Shown here piece after piece: positions 53,347 through 62,028 of a stretch of DNA of 64,000 nucleotides; position 1 is the first letter of the stretch; each line of letters starts with the position of its first letter. Where the stretch lies: the NCBI GenBank assembly GCA_043797665.1, contig JAZDPL010000061.1:1065-65064 (forward strand). The letters are read 5' to 3'. The position numbers were made by a program, and so were the translations under genes. The DNA comes from Candidatus Omnitrophota bacterium. GTDB taxonomy: Bacteria > Ratteibacteria > UBA8468 > MWAK01. The notes under the pieces are model-generated. The model had not been told where the DNA came from and searched no databases. It was given only the letters and a program-made list of their open reading frames with translations.

Positions 53347-53516
53347 TAATATTATTCCAGGTTGGCTAACTGCGTGAAGTTAATCTGCTTGGGGGGCGAC
53401 TATGGAATTTCCCTCCGTTAGGAAAATGTTTCCATAGGCGGTTACAGCCCGGCCCAGGCAGGTTATCCTAACCTATCTGTCAAAGAGAAGGGAGTTCACT
53501 ACAGTTTGAGGAAAAA

Positions 53517-54023
53517 ATGAAAAAAGTGCTGATTTGGTGCGGTGTGGGGGTCTTTGTTATTGGCATTGCCTTTACGATTTTTTATAACACTCCAGATAGA
53601 AGAGCGAAAAGGCAAGCGCAACAAATTATAAAGGTTTCAGAATATATATACGAAGAAATGCAGGGGTCTGTGGGTGAAGCCAAAATAACCACTGCCCGGG
53701 TGCAGATTCAGAACCTGGAGACCGCTCTCCGGCTCTTTTATCTTGACACCGGATTTTATCCCACCACGGAGCAGGGTTTGTGGGCGCTGGTGATACCACC
53801 CCCACCCCCTTTCCCTTTCGAGAAATGTCGTAAGGGAGGATACTTGGAGAAAGATGTGGCAGGATACGGAGCGGTGCCCGAGGACCCCTGGGGTAATGAC
53901 TATATCTACCGCTCTCCGGGGCAAGAGAAACGGGAATATGAAATTATCTGCCTGGGATGGGACGGAAAAGAAGGCGGTACCGGAGTCGATGCGGATATCA
54001 AAAGTTGGGAACCTCCTAAGTAA
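53517..54023 (+). CDS. GspG-like (type II secretion major pseudopilin) globular domain protein lacking the prepilin motif
   Basis: [33 protein letters not shown]...[16 protein letters not shown]...[24 protein letters not shown] matches the GspG core. The N-terminus [19 protein letters not shown] has no G/FTLIE cleavage or methylation site. Confidence 0.7.
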   Translation: MKKVLIWCGVGVFVIGIAFTIFYNTPDRRAKRQAQQIIKVSEYIYEEMQGSVGEAKITTARVQIQNLETALRLFYLDTGFYPTTEQGLWALVIPPPPPFPFEKCRKGGYLEKDVAGYGAVPEDPWGNDYIYRSPGQEKREYEIICLGWDGKEGGTGVDADIKSWEPPK

Positions 54024-54039
54024 TGGGGTGGGCTGTACT

Positions 54040-54135
54040 TCTACCAACACAAAAACCTTCCCCGACAAGTACCCCACCAGGCTGTCGCAATTAATTCTTT
54101 GACTACCCAAAGAGAAGGTGGTATTCTTTAATATG
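54040..54135 (+). repeat. type A element copy A6 with promoter module
   Basis: CCAACACAAAAACCTTCCCCGACAAGTACCCCACCAGGCTGTCGCAATTAATTC-TTGACT(54099-54104)-17 nt-TATTCT(54122-54127)-TTAAT-ATG(54133). Confidence 0.8.
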
Positions 54136-54181
54136 GGTGGAATTAGGAAGGTTGGCAGAAACTTAATCGTTTTCCACTAAT

Positions 54182-54838
54182 ATGATACTTACAATAAACG
54201 TTCATTTGGAGAAGGCTTTTGTTCAAAATGCTTCCTCGCTGGGTGCCGGTAGCGTCGCGATGCTCATGCTGGTTGGACCTTTCAGTAAGAATGTAGTGAC
54301 TTTAGCTGGCAAGGTTGTTCCAAAAGAGGGGAACTCGGCAACGCAAACTTTCCTGAAGAGATTGGACTGGGGGGAAAGTGTTCACATGGTTACAGTTCCT
54401 CAGAACTGTGAAATTCAGTTGGCTTTGTGTGTCGGCGGTACTCGCACTGGACAGATGGATATTGGAACGGTCAGCGTGGAAAATGAGCCGACAAGAACAA
54501 TCTATATTAAGTTTACGGGAGATGGAGTTGAGATAATTACGTCTCTGAATTTTCTGGCACAAAATCCTAGTAAAAAAGCAATAGAATCAATCTTACTTCT
54601 GGCAGAGAAAACAGATGAAGATACCACCTTACGGATTGAAGCATTGAATATTCTTGGGAAAACAGCTGATTGCGATGATTTGCTGCGGATAAAGGAAATC
54701 TTTTTCCGTCTGCGTGAAGGAGACCCGGCGGTTCGCGAAGCCGCTGCTAACGCAATCAAGGAGATAGAGACCAGAACAGGAACTCAAAGGGATATGCCCT
54801 GGTTCCTGAAACCTTTGATTGACCGGAGAAAGGGTTAG
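54182..54838 (+). CDS. 218-aa protein with C-terminal HEAT-like repeats
   Basis: The C-terminal ...RIEALNILGKTADCDDLLRIKEIFFRLREGDPAVREAAANAIKEI resembles PBS-lyase-type HEAT repeats. The N-terminal half is unassigned. Confidence 0.5.
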   Translation: MILTINVHLEKAFVQNASSLGAGSVAMLMLVGPFSKNVVTLAGKVVPKEGNSATQTFLKRLDWGESVHMVTVPQNCEIQLALCVGGTRTGQMDIGTVSVENEPTRTIYIKFTGDGVEIITSLNFLAQNPSKKAIESILLLAEKTDEDTTLRIEALNILGKTADCDDLLRIKEIFFRLREGDPAVREAAANAIKEIETRTGTQRDMPWFLKPLIDRRKG

Positions 54839-54849
54839 TGATTAAATCC

Positions 54850-55050
54850 CTCACCTAATCCCCAGAAACCCACAGGAAGCGATTTTGAAAAGCAAATTTA
54901 GGTATAAGATTTCATGATTGGTTCCCTACGATTGACCTTGGAGTACAGGAAGAAGTACAATTTGGGAGGTAGACATTTAACGGAAACGACTACCCGGACC
55001 AACACCAAACCACAGAATAGAAATTAGGTGATTGCGTCCACTAAAATCGG
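54850..55050 (+). repeat. 3' part of a type B element (B5) followed by type D element (D2)
   Basis: CTCACCTAATCCCCAGAAACCCACAGGAAGCGATTTTGAAAAGCAAATTTAGGTATAAG..., then AGGAAGAAGTACAATTTGGGAGG...GAAATTAGGTGATTGCGTCCACTAAAATC. Confidence 0.75.
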
Positions 55051-55073
55051 AGGACATACAATCGAGGAGGAAA

Positions 55074-55445
55074 ATGACCAGATTGGAAATTAAAGAGGGT
55101 GTATTAAAAGAAGCGAATGTGGAGAAACTATCCTTTAAGGAAATCGGGGAAAAAATTTGCTGTGGGCTAATGATTTCACTTACGATTATTCAAAAGTCTG
55201 ACCAAGAATTTACTAAAATGGAAGATTATAATTTGCCAGATTATACCTTGCAACAGGAGATTTTAAACGAATTTTCGCCGGAATATTATTTAAGTGGTAT
55301 AAGTATTCTAGGTTTTTCTCCTTCCGGTATAAGTTTTATTGACGAAAGTAATAAAGAGTATTATAAAGGATATATTCATGAAAAATCTGGAGTGGAAATA
55401 TTCACTAAAATCTCTTGGCCCTCAGTAAACAATAATAATCAATAA
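55074..55445 (+). CDS. 123-aa hypothetical protein
   Basis: Start moved to the ATG preceded by GAGGAGG (55064-55070). No motif recognised. Confidence 0.55.
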   Translation: MTRLEIKEGVLKEANVEKLSFKEIGEKICCGLMISLTIIQKSDQEFTKMEDYNLPDYTLQQEILNEFSPEYYLSGISILGFSPSGISFIDESNKEYYKGYIHEKSGVEIFTKISWPSVNNNNQ

Positions 55446-55479
55446 AGGGGTTTCGGGTTATTTGTTTGACCTGTTCTCG

Positions 55480-55600
55480 TACCCGGCGGGTGATTATCTA
55501 TCCGGTCCCCTCTGACAACACAAGAAACCTTTCCCGGCAAACCCACTCCACCATCCTGTTGCAATTAGTTTTCACCAGAATCCCTTGACCGGCCTTCTGG
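55480..55600 (+). repeat. type A element copy A7
   Basis: CCCGGCGGGTGATTATCTATCCGGTCCCCTCTGACAACACAAGAAACCTTTCCCGGCAAACCCACTCCACCATCCTGTTGCAATTAGTTTTC...CCCTTGACCGGCC. Confidence 0.8.
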
Positions 55601-55676
55601 CAGAGTGATAACATCTTGTTTGGTGTCCTGACAGAAACTTGACTATTTAAGGCTAATAAATTACCGAATTTTTAAT

Positions 55677-57107
55677 ATGAAGAAGGCAATCCTGTTATCT
55701 TGTATCACGGTTTGGTTATTATTTAGCATCTGCTTTCCTAAAGCCTGCCAGACCGGAGAAACTACCATAATCTTTGCTACAGAACTAACCGGTGATGCCC
55801 TCTACGAACAAGGCTTTAGCCTCAACAATCAAGAAAAATACCAAGAGGCTATACCTTATTTCGAAGAAGCCGTTAAAAGAAAAACAAACTTTTTTGAGGC
55901 AAATTACCAATTAGGAATTTGTTATCTGAAGATTAAGCAATTTGATAAAGCAAAACAAAATTTAATTTATGTAAAAACATTATCACAAGATAAAACATTA
56001 AAAGAGAAAACAAAATTTTTAATTGCCGAGATACCTAAAGAGATAGAAAAAGAGAAAAAGAAACAGGAAGAAAAAATAATAAGAAAAAAGAATGAAGAAT
56101 ATCGCGTAGGGGAAGAAGAAAAACGGTTATTAGAAAAAGAAAAACGGGCGTTAGTGAAAGATGTTAGTGATGCCCTCAAAAAGATAAGCACCTATAAAAT
56201 ACACTCGCTGCAGAACGCAGGTTTTGGCTTCAAAGTTGACTATTTCAAAGATGGTTATCTTGTTGCTTCTATATCGGGGTCCTGCACGGACGGTCACGGA
56301 ATTTATAGGGTAAGCAATGAGGTGAACATTTATTGGTCTTTTGGTGCCGAAGGTGGGGTTTTTCTTGAACCGAGAGAAGAGTTTGTTTACTTCCGCATAA
56401 CGAAAGAACAAAAAAGGGATTGGTATCCGGAAATAACAATTCTGCGTACTGTAAAAATACTAAAAAAAGACCTACCCAAAGAAGATTCTTTTAATTTTCC
56501 TCCAGAACGTTCGTCGGAACCAACAAAATTAGGCGGATTGACAACGTGGAAAGATAAAGATGGAACAATCCTCGGGATAATCGAGCCAGAGTCTCCTGAA
56601 TATACCTCCCGATTCGGGCGGATGAAAGCAGAACAGTTTTTTGAGCAAACCAGTTTTTATCAAGATTTTAATTTTACCGTAAAAAAGGAACTTGCCTACA
56701 AAGGCGGAGAGTTAAATAAATTCGGGATCAAAAAACGAATTTTTTATACAAGACCAAATGACGACAGCGTTAAAATTCTATTATGTGTTGATGATGAGCA
56801 ATATGTAAAAATTTTAGGTTTGACTTTCTCAAGGACAGATTCACAATATACGATATGGGTTAAGGCGTTATTAAATGAATGCGGAATAAACGAATCAACT
56901 TGTGGAGAGAATTATCCGCTTGACTTCATCCAGGGAAGTGTTATGCAGAACATCAGTAGGTCAGGACGACTTGATTTATCTGATTATTTTACCTCTTATG
57001 TTATAGAGTGTTGCAAAGATGGGGAAAATTATGGAGTTTTTGTTAGAAAACAAGTTATAGATATGGGTAAAATTCTTTATTTAGAAGGTGTACAAAGCGA
57101 AAAATAG
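55677..57107 (+). CDS. 476-aa secreted TPR-containing protein
   Basis: Signal peptide MKKAILLSCITVWLLFSICFPKA, TPR-like repeats (ALYEQGFSLNNQEKYQEAIPYFEEAV..ANYQLGICYLKIKQFDKA), a Lys/Glu-rich coil and an unassigned C-terminal domain. Confidence 0.6.
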   Translation: MKKAILLSCITVWLLFSICFPKACQTGETTIIFATELTGDALYEQGFSLNNQEKYQEAIPYFEEAVKRKTNFFEANYQLGICYLKIKQFDKAKQNLIYVKTLSQDKTLKEKTKFLIAEIPKEIEKEKKKQEEKIIRKKNEEYRVGEEEKRLLEKEKRALVKDVSDALKKISTYKIHSLQNAGFGFKVDYFKDGYLVASISGSCTDGHGIYRVSNEVNIYWSFGAEGGVFLEPREEFVYFRITKEQKRDWYPEITILRTVKILKKDLPKEDSFNFPPERSSEPTKLGGLTTWKDKDGTILGIIEPESPEYTSRFGRMKAEQFFEQTSFYQDFNFTVKKELAYKGGELNKFGIKKRIFYTRPNDDSVKILLCVDDEQYVKILGLTFSRTDSQYTIWVKALLNECGINESTCGENYPLDFIQGSVMQNISRSGRLDLSDYFTSYVIECCKDGENYGVFVRKQVIDMGKILYLEGVQSEK

Positions 57108-57189
57108 GCGTGGTGTACAAAATGAGCAAGAGCCAGGACAGGAAGGGGGTCCAAAGAACAAGTGCATATTCCGCCGCAAGGTAGCCACC

Positions 57190-57266
57190 CGTTCCGCTCA
57201 AGGTAACTTACCCCACCTCCCAGCCGCAATTTAGTTTCAATATCCCTTGACCGGATTCTGCTGGAC
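57190..57266 (+). repeat. type A element copy A8 (degenerate core CAGCCGCAATTTAGT)
   Basis: ...TACCCCACCTCCCAGCCGCAATTTAGTTTC...CCCTTGACCGGATTCTGCTGGAC, as at the A2/B1 junction. Confidence 0.7.
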
Positions 57267-57530
57267 CCCAGAATCCCTTCCCCGCGCTCAGGTTCCCCCA
57301 CCATACCGACTCTCCCCTGAGTTGCTGTTGAGGTCAACAGCAACTTCCGACACCGGGATGCCCTACCCCACCCCCCAGTCTCAATTTCTTCCTTTCTAAT
57401 TTGCGATTGGCGGCGATATCTCCCCAGAACTGATGTTCTCCCTCACCTAACTCCCCAGAAACCCGTAGGAAGCGATTTTGAAAAGCAAATTAAGGTATAA
57501 GGTTTCGTTATTGATTGCCTGCAATCTCTT
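57267..57530 (+). repeat. type B copy B3 (hairpin 57320-57345)
   Basis: About 90 percent alike with B1. The hairpin reads AGTTGCTGTTGA-GG-TCAACAGCAACT. Confidence 0.85.
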
Positions 57531-57557
57531 GACCGTATTCTGACGGAGTGGTAACAT
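57529..57557 (+). promoter_or_regulatory. candidate sigma70-type promoter for the Hsp70 operon
   Basis: TTGACC (57529-57534)-17 nt-TAACAT (57552-57557). The first ATG of the operon is 13 nt after the -10 box, implying a very short leader without an SD. Confidence 0.45.
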
Positions 57558-57570
57558 TTAGCCAATAAGA

Positions 57571-57921
57571 ATGGAGAACAATAATTATCATAGGAAAAAT
57601 GTGCTTACCTTTTATAACTTGCCATTCATATTTGCTAGGGGAATCAACATGGTTTTGCTTTTATTTGCACTCAACCGTTTGCCCTATGACTATTATACTC
57701 TCCTGCGATTGATTACTTGCGGAGTTAATGGTTATGGAGTCTATATTGCTCTAAAATTACGGAAGACCACATGGGTTTGGATATTTGGGATCATCGCTTT
57801 TCTTTTTAACCCTATCTTCACTGTTCATTTGACCAGAGACACTTGGCAAATCATCGACTTGATTACTGCTGTTACCTTGTTTGTATCCTTTTTCCAAATT
57901 ATGAACCGAACAAAAGCGTAG
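57571..57921 (+). CDS. 116-aa polytopic membrane protein
   Basis: Three hydrophobic helices (MVLLLFALNRL, LLRLITCGVNGYGVYIAL, WVWIFGIIAFLFNPIF). First gene of a tightly packed operon. Confidence 0.6.
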   Translation: MENNNYHRKNVLTFYNLPFIFARGINMVLLLFALNRLPYDYYTLLRLITCGVNGYGVYIALKLRKTTWVWIFGIIAFLFNPIFTVHLTRDTWQIIDLITAVTLFVSFFQIMNRTKA

Positions 57922-57927
57922 GTTCTT

Positions 57928-58581
57928 ATGGACGAAATCTTGGATACCAAAAACATCAAGAGGGATAATTGGTTTGTAAGGCGTATAAAAAATTATCAAG
58001 TCTTAACTTTTACATTCCTTTTCCTTACCATTTATCGTTTTTCCATACTTACAACTGTATACTGCGTAAACAGAAAAAATTTCTTAGAAATCTATAAATT
58101 AAGTTACTGGTTTTTTGTAGTCGCAATACCAATTTTCTACTTCCTGATATGGTTTTTGGTAACTTCAATTGTTTCAAGATATACATTACAATCATTAAGG
58201 GGAAAATTCTATCGCCACCCTATCGCATTTATTATTCTTACCATTCTTTATATTCTTGATTTGCCTCATTATCTTTCCAATTTTGCTCATGGTCGTGGAT
58301 TGTTTAAATTATTTGACGTTTTTGAAATAGTTATCTATTACGGTCTGTTGTCCTTCTTGTGGTATATATTTGCCTGCTGGATTAGTGAAAAGATTTGGAA
58401 AAGGGGTATTATATGGAATTGGTATAAAAAATTTATAGATAAGGTATTCGTAATATTTCCTGTAATTTATAGATTTACCTTGGGTTTAATTGTGGCTTTG
58501 TTTATTTTTATAGTTCTTTTCTCCAGTTTGGCGTGGATTTTCCATTATTCCGGTCTTGATTTACGAAAATTAGGATTTTAA
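57928..58581 (+). CDS. 217-aa polytopic membrane protein
   Basis: At least 5 hydrophobic segments. It starts 6 nt after the previous stop. Confidence 0.6.
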   Translation: MDEILDTKNIKRDNWFVRRIKNYQVLTFTFLFLTIYRFSILTTVYCVNRKNFLEIYKLSYWFFVVAIPIFYFLIWFLVTSIVSRYTLQSLRGKFYRHPIAFIILTILYILDLPHYLSNFAHGRGLFKLFDVFEIVIYYGLLSFLWYIFACWISEKIWKRGIIWNWYKKFIDKVFVIFPVIYRFTLGLIVALFIFIVLFSSLAWIFHYSGLDLRKLGF

Positions 58582-58599
58582 TCTTAAAGGAACGACCAT

Positions 58600-58857
58600 A
58601 TGAAATCAATTGGGAAAATAATCGGGTACATACTTTGGATAAGCAGCGGGATTCTAATGTTTATTTTTTGGTTATCTGCAATGAGTAAATGGCTTGGTTT
58701 TTGGGGTGTTGTTATTGCTCTTGTGTTATCTCCTGGTTTGGTAATTTTTCCAATCGTATTTTGGATTGTGGAACATGTATTCCCTGTATTTTACTTCATA
58801 GTTTGGGGAATAGGAATAGCTGGATTAATCATCGCCGGCATTTCCAGCGATACCTAA
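58600..58857 (+). CDS. 85-aa polytopic membrane protein
   Basis: Three hydrophobic helices, with a GGAACGA purine stretch before the ATG. Confidence 0.55.
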   Translation: MKSIGKIIGYILWISSGILMFIFWLSAMSKWLGFWGVVIALVLSPGLVIFPIVFWIVEHVFPVFYFIVWGIGIAGLIIAGISSDT

Positions 58858-58942
58858 CTGACATTAAAATGCAGCAAATCTAAAACAGCCAATTGTTTCC
58901 ACTAAATTCTGAAGACACACAGAAGATATACACTTTAAATAT

Positions 58943-59482
58943 ATGGGTGATTTTTTGAATTTCCTTACTCGAATCAAAAACCCCCTAATCTTAGTGCTAA
59001 CTGTTTTCTTCATTATGCTCTTTATCTTGCTTCATCTTGCTTTGCGAAAAAATAGGCGAAACAATATTTTCTTCACAAACAAGTTCGATGAGTTGTATCT
59101 GAAAATCAAAGAGGATATCAATTTCGCCGTAACCCCCAAATTCGTTAGTTTGTCCTCAGATATGAATGATCTTGTGGAGTTAACCGTTGAAGTTTGGAGA
59201 ATCGAGCAACGAATAATAAAATCTTTACCGGCCTTATCGGAAAACCAAAGGAATGGTTTAGAAAATTCTATCCGAAGATTGAGAAGATATCTTGAAAAAC
59301 ACGACATCATGATTGTAGATCATACGAACCAGAAGTTTAATGATGGGCTTAATCTTGATGTCTTGTCCGTTGAGAAGGATTCATCGTTGACAGAACCAAT
59401 TATCAAGGAAACAATCGAACCGACAATCATGTACAAAGGCCTGGTCGTCAGGAAGGCCAAAATTATTTTATTGAGCAAATAG
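58943..59482 (+). CDS. membrane-anchored GrpE-like nucleotide-exchange-factor homolog
   Basis: N-terminal TM (LILVLTVFFIMLFILLHLAL). The C-terminal LEKHDIMIVDHTNQKFNDGLNLDVLSVEKDSSLTEPIIKETIEPTIMYKGLVVRKAKIIL aligns position by position with my recollection of the E. coli GrpE beta-domain (LEKFGVEVI...G..DPN.H.A....E......V......GY.L.GR.IR.A.V.V). Confidence 0.5.
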   Translation: MGDFLNFLTRIKNPLILVLTVFFIMLFILLHLALRKNRRNNIFFTNKFDELYLKIKEDINFAVTPKFVSLSSDMNDLVELTVEVWRIEQRIIKSLPALSENQRNGLENSIRRLRRYLEKHDIMIVDHTNQKFNDGLNLDVLSVEKDSSLTEPIIKETIEPTIMYKGLVVRKAKIILLSK

Positions 59483-59500
59483 AGAATAACGTAGAATACC

Positions 59501-62014
59501 ATGGCTAATGAAAACATCCAAATTGGTATTGATTTGGGAACAACAAATTCAGAAGTTGTTATTAATAGCAATGGCGTTATCGAGGTCGTTAAAAATGCAT
59601 TTGGGGATGAGTATACACCTTCTGTTTTCGGTTTTGATAAGTCAAAGAACGGAACGGTTGGCAAAAGAGCACATGAGCGGCTTTATAAAAATACATCGGA
59701 AGAAGAACTTAGGAATAATAAGGCGGAAGTCAAGAGGCTAATGGGGACATCCGAAACCGTCTACTTTGAAAGAACTGGCCTTAAAATGAATGCTGAAGAG
59801 ATTTCTGCTGAAATTCTCAAGAGCTTAAAAGAAGATGTCTTGAGAAAATATCCGGACTTTGATACTTTGGCCGCAGTCATCACTGTACCTGCCTATTTCT
59901 CTGTCTTGCAGTCTGAGGCCACCAAGAGGGCTGGTAATCTCGCTGGGTTCAAATACGTGGTTCTGCTGCAGGAGCCCATTGCGGCGGCAATCTCATATGG
60001 ATTCATGAACGCGAAAAACGAAAACTGGCTCATTTACGATCTTGGCGGTGGAACATTCGATGTCGCTTTAATCTCCTCGAGGGATGGAGTTTTGTCAGTA
60101 TTGGGTCATAATGGTGACAACTTCTTGGGAGGTAAGGATTTTGATTGGTTAATTGTTGATCGTGTGATTGTTCCGAAAATTCTTGAAAAATATTCAATGA
60201 GCAACTTCGATAGAGGCAATGTCAAATATAGAAGTGTTTTTGCGAAATTGAAATACATTGCCGAAACATTAAAAATTGATCTGGCGCAATATGGTAAAAC
60301 CTCTATCGAAATAGATGGTATAGGCAAAGATGGTTTAGACAAAGAGATATGTTTTTCCATTACTTTTTTGAGAAAAGAATTTGAGGAGTTAATCAAGCCA
60401 ATGGTCGACCGGACGATCGAACTAGCAAAAAAAACCTTGAAAGAAGCCGGGATTAAAAATACTTCAGTCGAGAGAACTATTCTTGTTGGTGGCCCCACCC
60501 AGATTCCTTACATCAGAGAAAGGCTTAACAATGATCTCGAAATAACAGTTGATTCCTCTGTTGATCCACTTACTGTTGTGGCTAAAGGAGCCGGCGTGTT
60601 TGCTATCAGTCAAAAGATTCCAGGGGAATTTTTTGGGGGTGAACCCCGGAAAATAAAAAAAGGTACTCAAACTTTAAAATTGAATTATGAGACTCTAACT
60701 TCTGAACCCGAACCGACGATTAGCGGCATCGTAGATGACTTTAAGAATTCGGAAGATGAATATTACATACAAATTCAATCTGAAAGCGGATTTTACAGTG
60801 GTTCAAAGACTAAATTAAAAAATGGCACATTTTTTGACACTGTTGTGCTTGAACCGAATAAAACAAACTTGTTCTGGATATATCTTTTCGACCAGCAAGG
60901 TAATTCTATCCCAATTGATCCTGACTCGTTTACAATCACTCATGGTTTGTCTGTTTCTGGCGCTCCGATATCCCACTCTATAGGAATTGCCGTTGTTAAA
61001 AAAGATATCAGGGGAGGATTCGTTCCCACCGAAGTATTTGAGGAATTTTTCGAAAAAGGCTCCATTCTACCACTAAAAAAGACGGAGCCATTCAAAACAG
61101 TTAGGAGATTGAAGAGAAATGAGAATGACAACCCTCTTTGGATCAAGATTGGCGAGGGCGAATCTGATATTCCAGATAGAAATGTCTATGTTTGTACACT
61201 GGGAATAAAAGGAAGTGATTTGCCATATGATTTACCAGAAGGCACTGATATCGAGATAACTGTTGAGGTCAACGAGTCTCGCGAGCTTTTTGTAACAGCT
61301 TATATCCCCCTAATCGACCTTCGCCTCAATGCTCGTTCTACATTCAAAGATGAAGTAGTCAACGTCAAAGATATGGAATCCGAACTTGCTATAGAAATGG
61401 ATAGAGCTAGAGTTATTGCTAAAAATTGTTCCACGGAAAAACGCAACAAAATTGATAATATACTTCAATCCGTGCGCACCAGTTTAAAAAATGCTCACCT
61501 TGACGAAGATGAAAAGCGAAAGGCTAACAAGCAATTGAAGGATCTTAAGACTTATGTTGACCAGTTGCAAAAGGAAACTGAAATGCCACAATTGATTGAA
61601 ATATTTAACGCTGGCATTGAACAAGTACAAAAAATAATCGATGAGTTTGCCGATCAGAAAGAGAAAAACACCAACAATGAACAACTGAGAAAGATAAAGG
61701 CCGAGGGAGAAAAAGCAATATGTGAAAATGATAAACCTTTGCTGAGTAGAATTAATGAACAAATTGAAGAATTTCGAATGAAGACCCTGTTATCCAATCC
61801 AGAGATGTGGGTTTATTACTTCCAGCAAATTACTCAAGGCGATAAGAAATTTATAAATGAAAAAGAAGCGAATTATTACATTGAAAAAGGGAAAAGGTCA
61901 ATTGAGTCTGGTGATGTTGAAGATCTAAAACATTGTGTCCGCAATTTGATTTCATTACTCCCAGAGGAGGATCAGGAAATAATGAAGAGAAATCTTGCAG
62001 GCATTACTCATTAA
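59501..62014 (+). CDS. atypical 837-aa Hsp70-family ATPase
   Basis: Actin-fold NBD motifs IGIDLGTTNSEV, DLGGGTFDVALI, ILVGGPTQIPYIRERL and DPLTVVAKGAGVFA. About 130 aa of extra sequence follows, then SBD-beta-like strands (APISHSIGIAV, IKIGEGES, IEITVEVNESRELFVTAY) and a long helical tail. Confidence 0.85.
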   Translation: MANENIQIGIDLGTTNSEVVINSNGVIEVVKNAFGDEYTPSVFGFDKSKNGTVGKRAHERLYKNTSEEELRNNKAEVKRLMGTSETVYFERTGLKMNAEEISAEILKSLKEDVLRKYPDFDTLAAVITVPAYFSVLQSEATKRAGNLAGFKYVVLLQEPIAAAISYGFMNAKNENWLIYDLGGGTFDVALISSRDGVLSVLGHNGDNFLGGKDFDWLIVDRVIVPKILEKYSMSNFDRGNVKYRSVFAKLKYIAETLKIDLAQYGKTSIEIDGIGKDGLDKEICFSITFLRKEFEELIKPMVDRTIELAKKTLKEAGIKNTSVERTILVGGPTQIPYIRERLNNDLEITVDSSVDPLTVVAKGAGVFAISQKIPGEFFGGEPRKIKKGTQTLKLNYETLTSEPEPTISGIVDDFKNSEDEYYIQIQSESGFYSGSKTKLKNGTFFDTVVLEPNKTNLFWIYLFDQQGNSIPIDPDSFTITHGLSVSGAPISHSIGIAVVKKDIRGGFVPTEVFEEFFEKGSILPLKKTEPFKTVRRLKRNENDNPLWIKIGEGESDIPDRNVYVCTLGIKGSDLPYDLPEGTDIEITVEVNESRELFVTAYIPLIDLRLNARSTFKDEVVNVKDMESELAIEMDRARVIAKNCSTEKRNKIDNILQSVRTSLKNAHLDEDEKRKANKQLKDLKTYVDQLQKETEMPQLIEIFNAGIEQVQKIIDEFADQKEKNTNNEQLRKIKAEGEKAICENDKPLLSRINEQIEEFRMKTLLSNPEMWVYYFQQITQGDKKFINEKEANYYIEKGKRSIESGDVEDLKHCVRNLISLLPEEDQEIMKRNLAGITH

Positions 62015-62028
62015 TAAAGGAAGTGAAA

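Noticed and set aside
34700-57560. Integron cassette array with attC sites.
   Set aside because: There is no intI-like tyrosine recombinase in the window. The conserved hairpin of type B has GTT on the 5' arm and AAC on the 3' arm, the opposite of the R''(RYYYAAC)...R'(GTTRRRY) arrangement. Type A has little internal complementarity, and the repeats are much longer and more conserved in sequence than typical attC. The idea is kept only as an architectural analogy.
34700-57560. CRISPR array.
   Set aside because: The repeats are heterogeneous in length (35-270 nt), irregularly spaced and separated by full genes. No cas genes are present.
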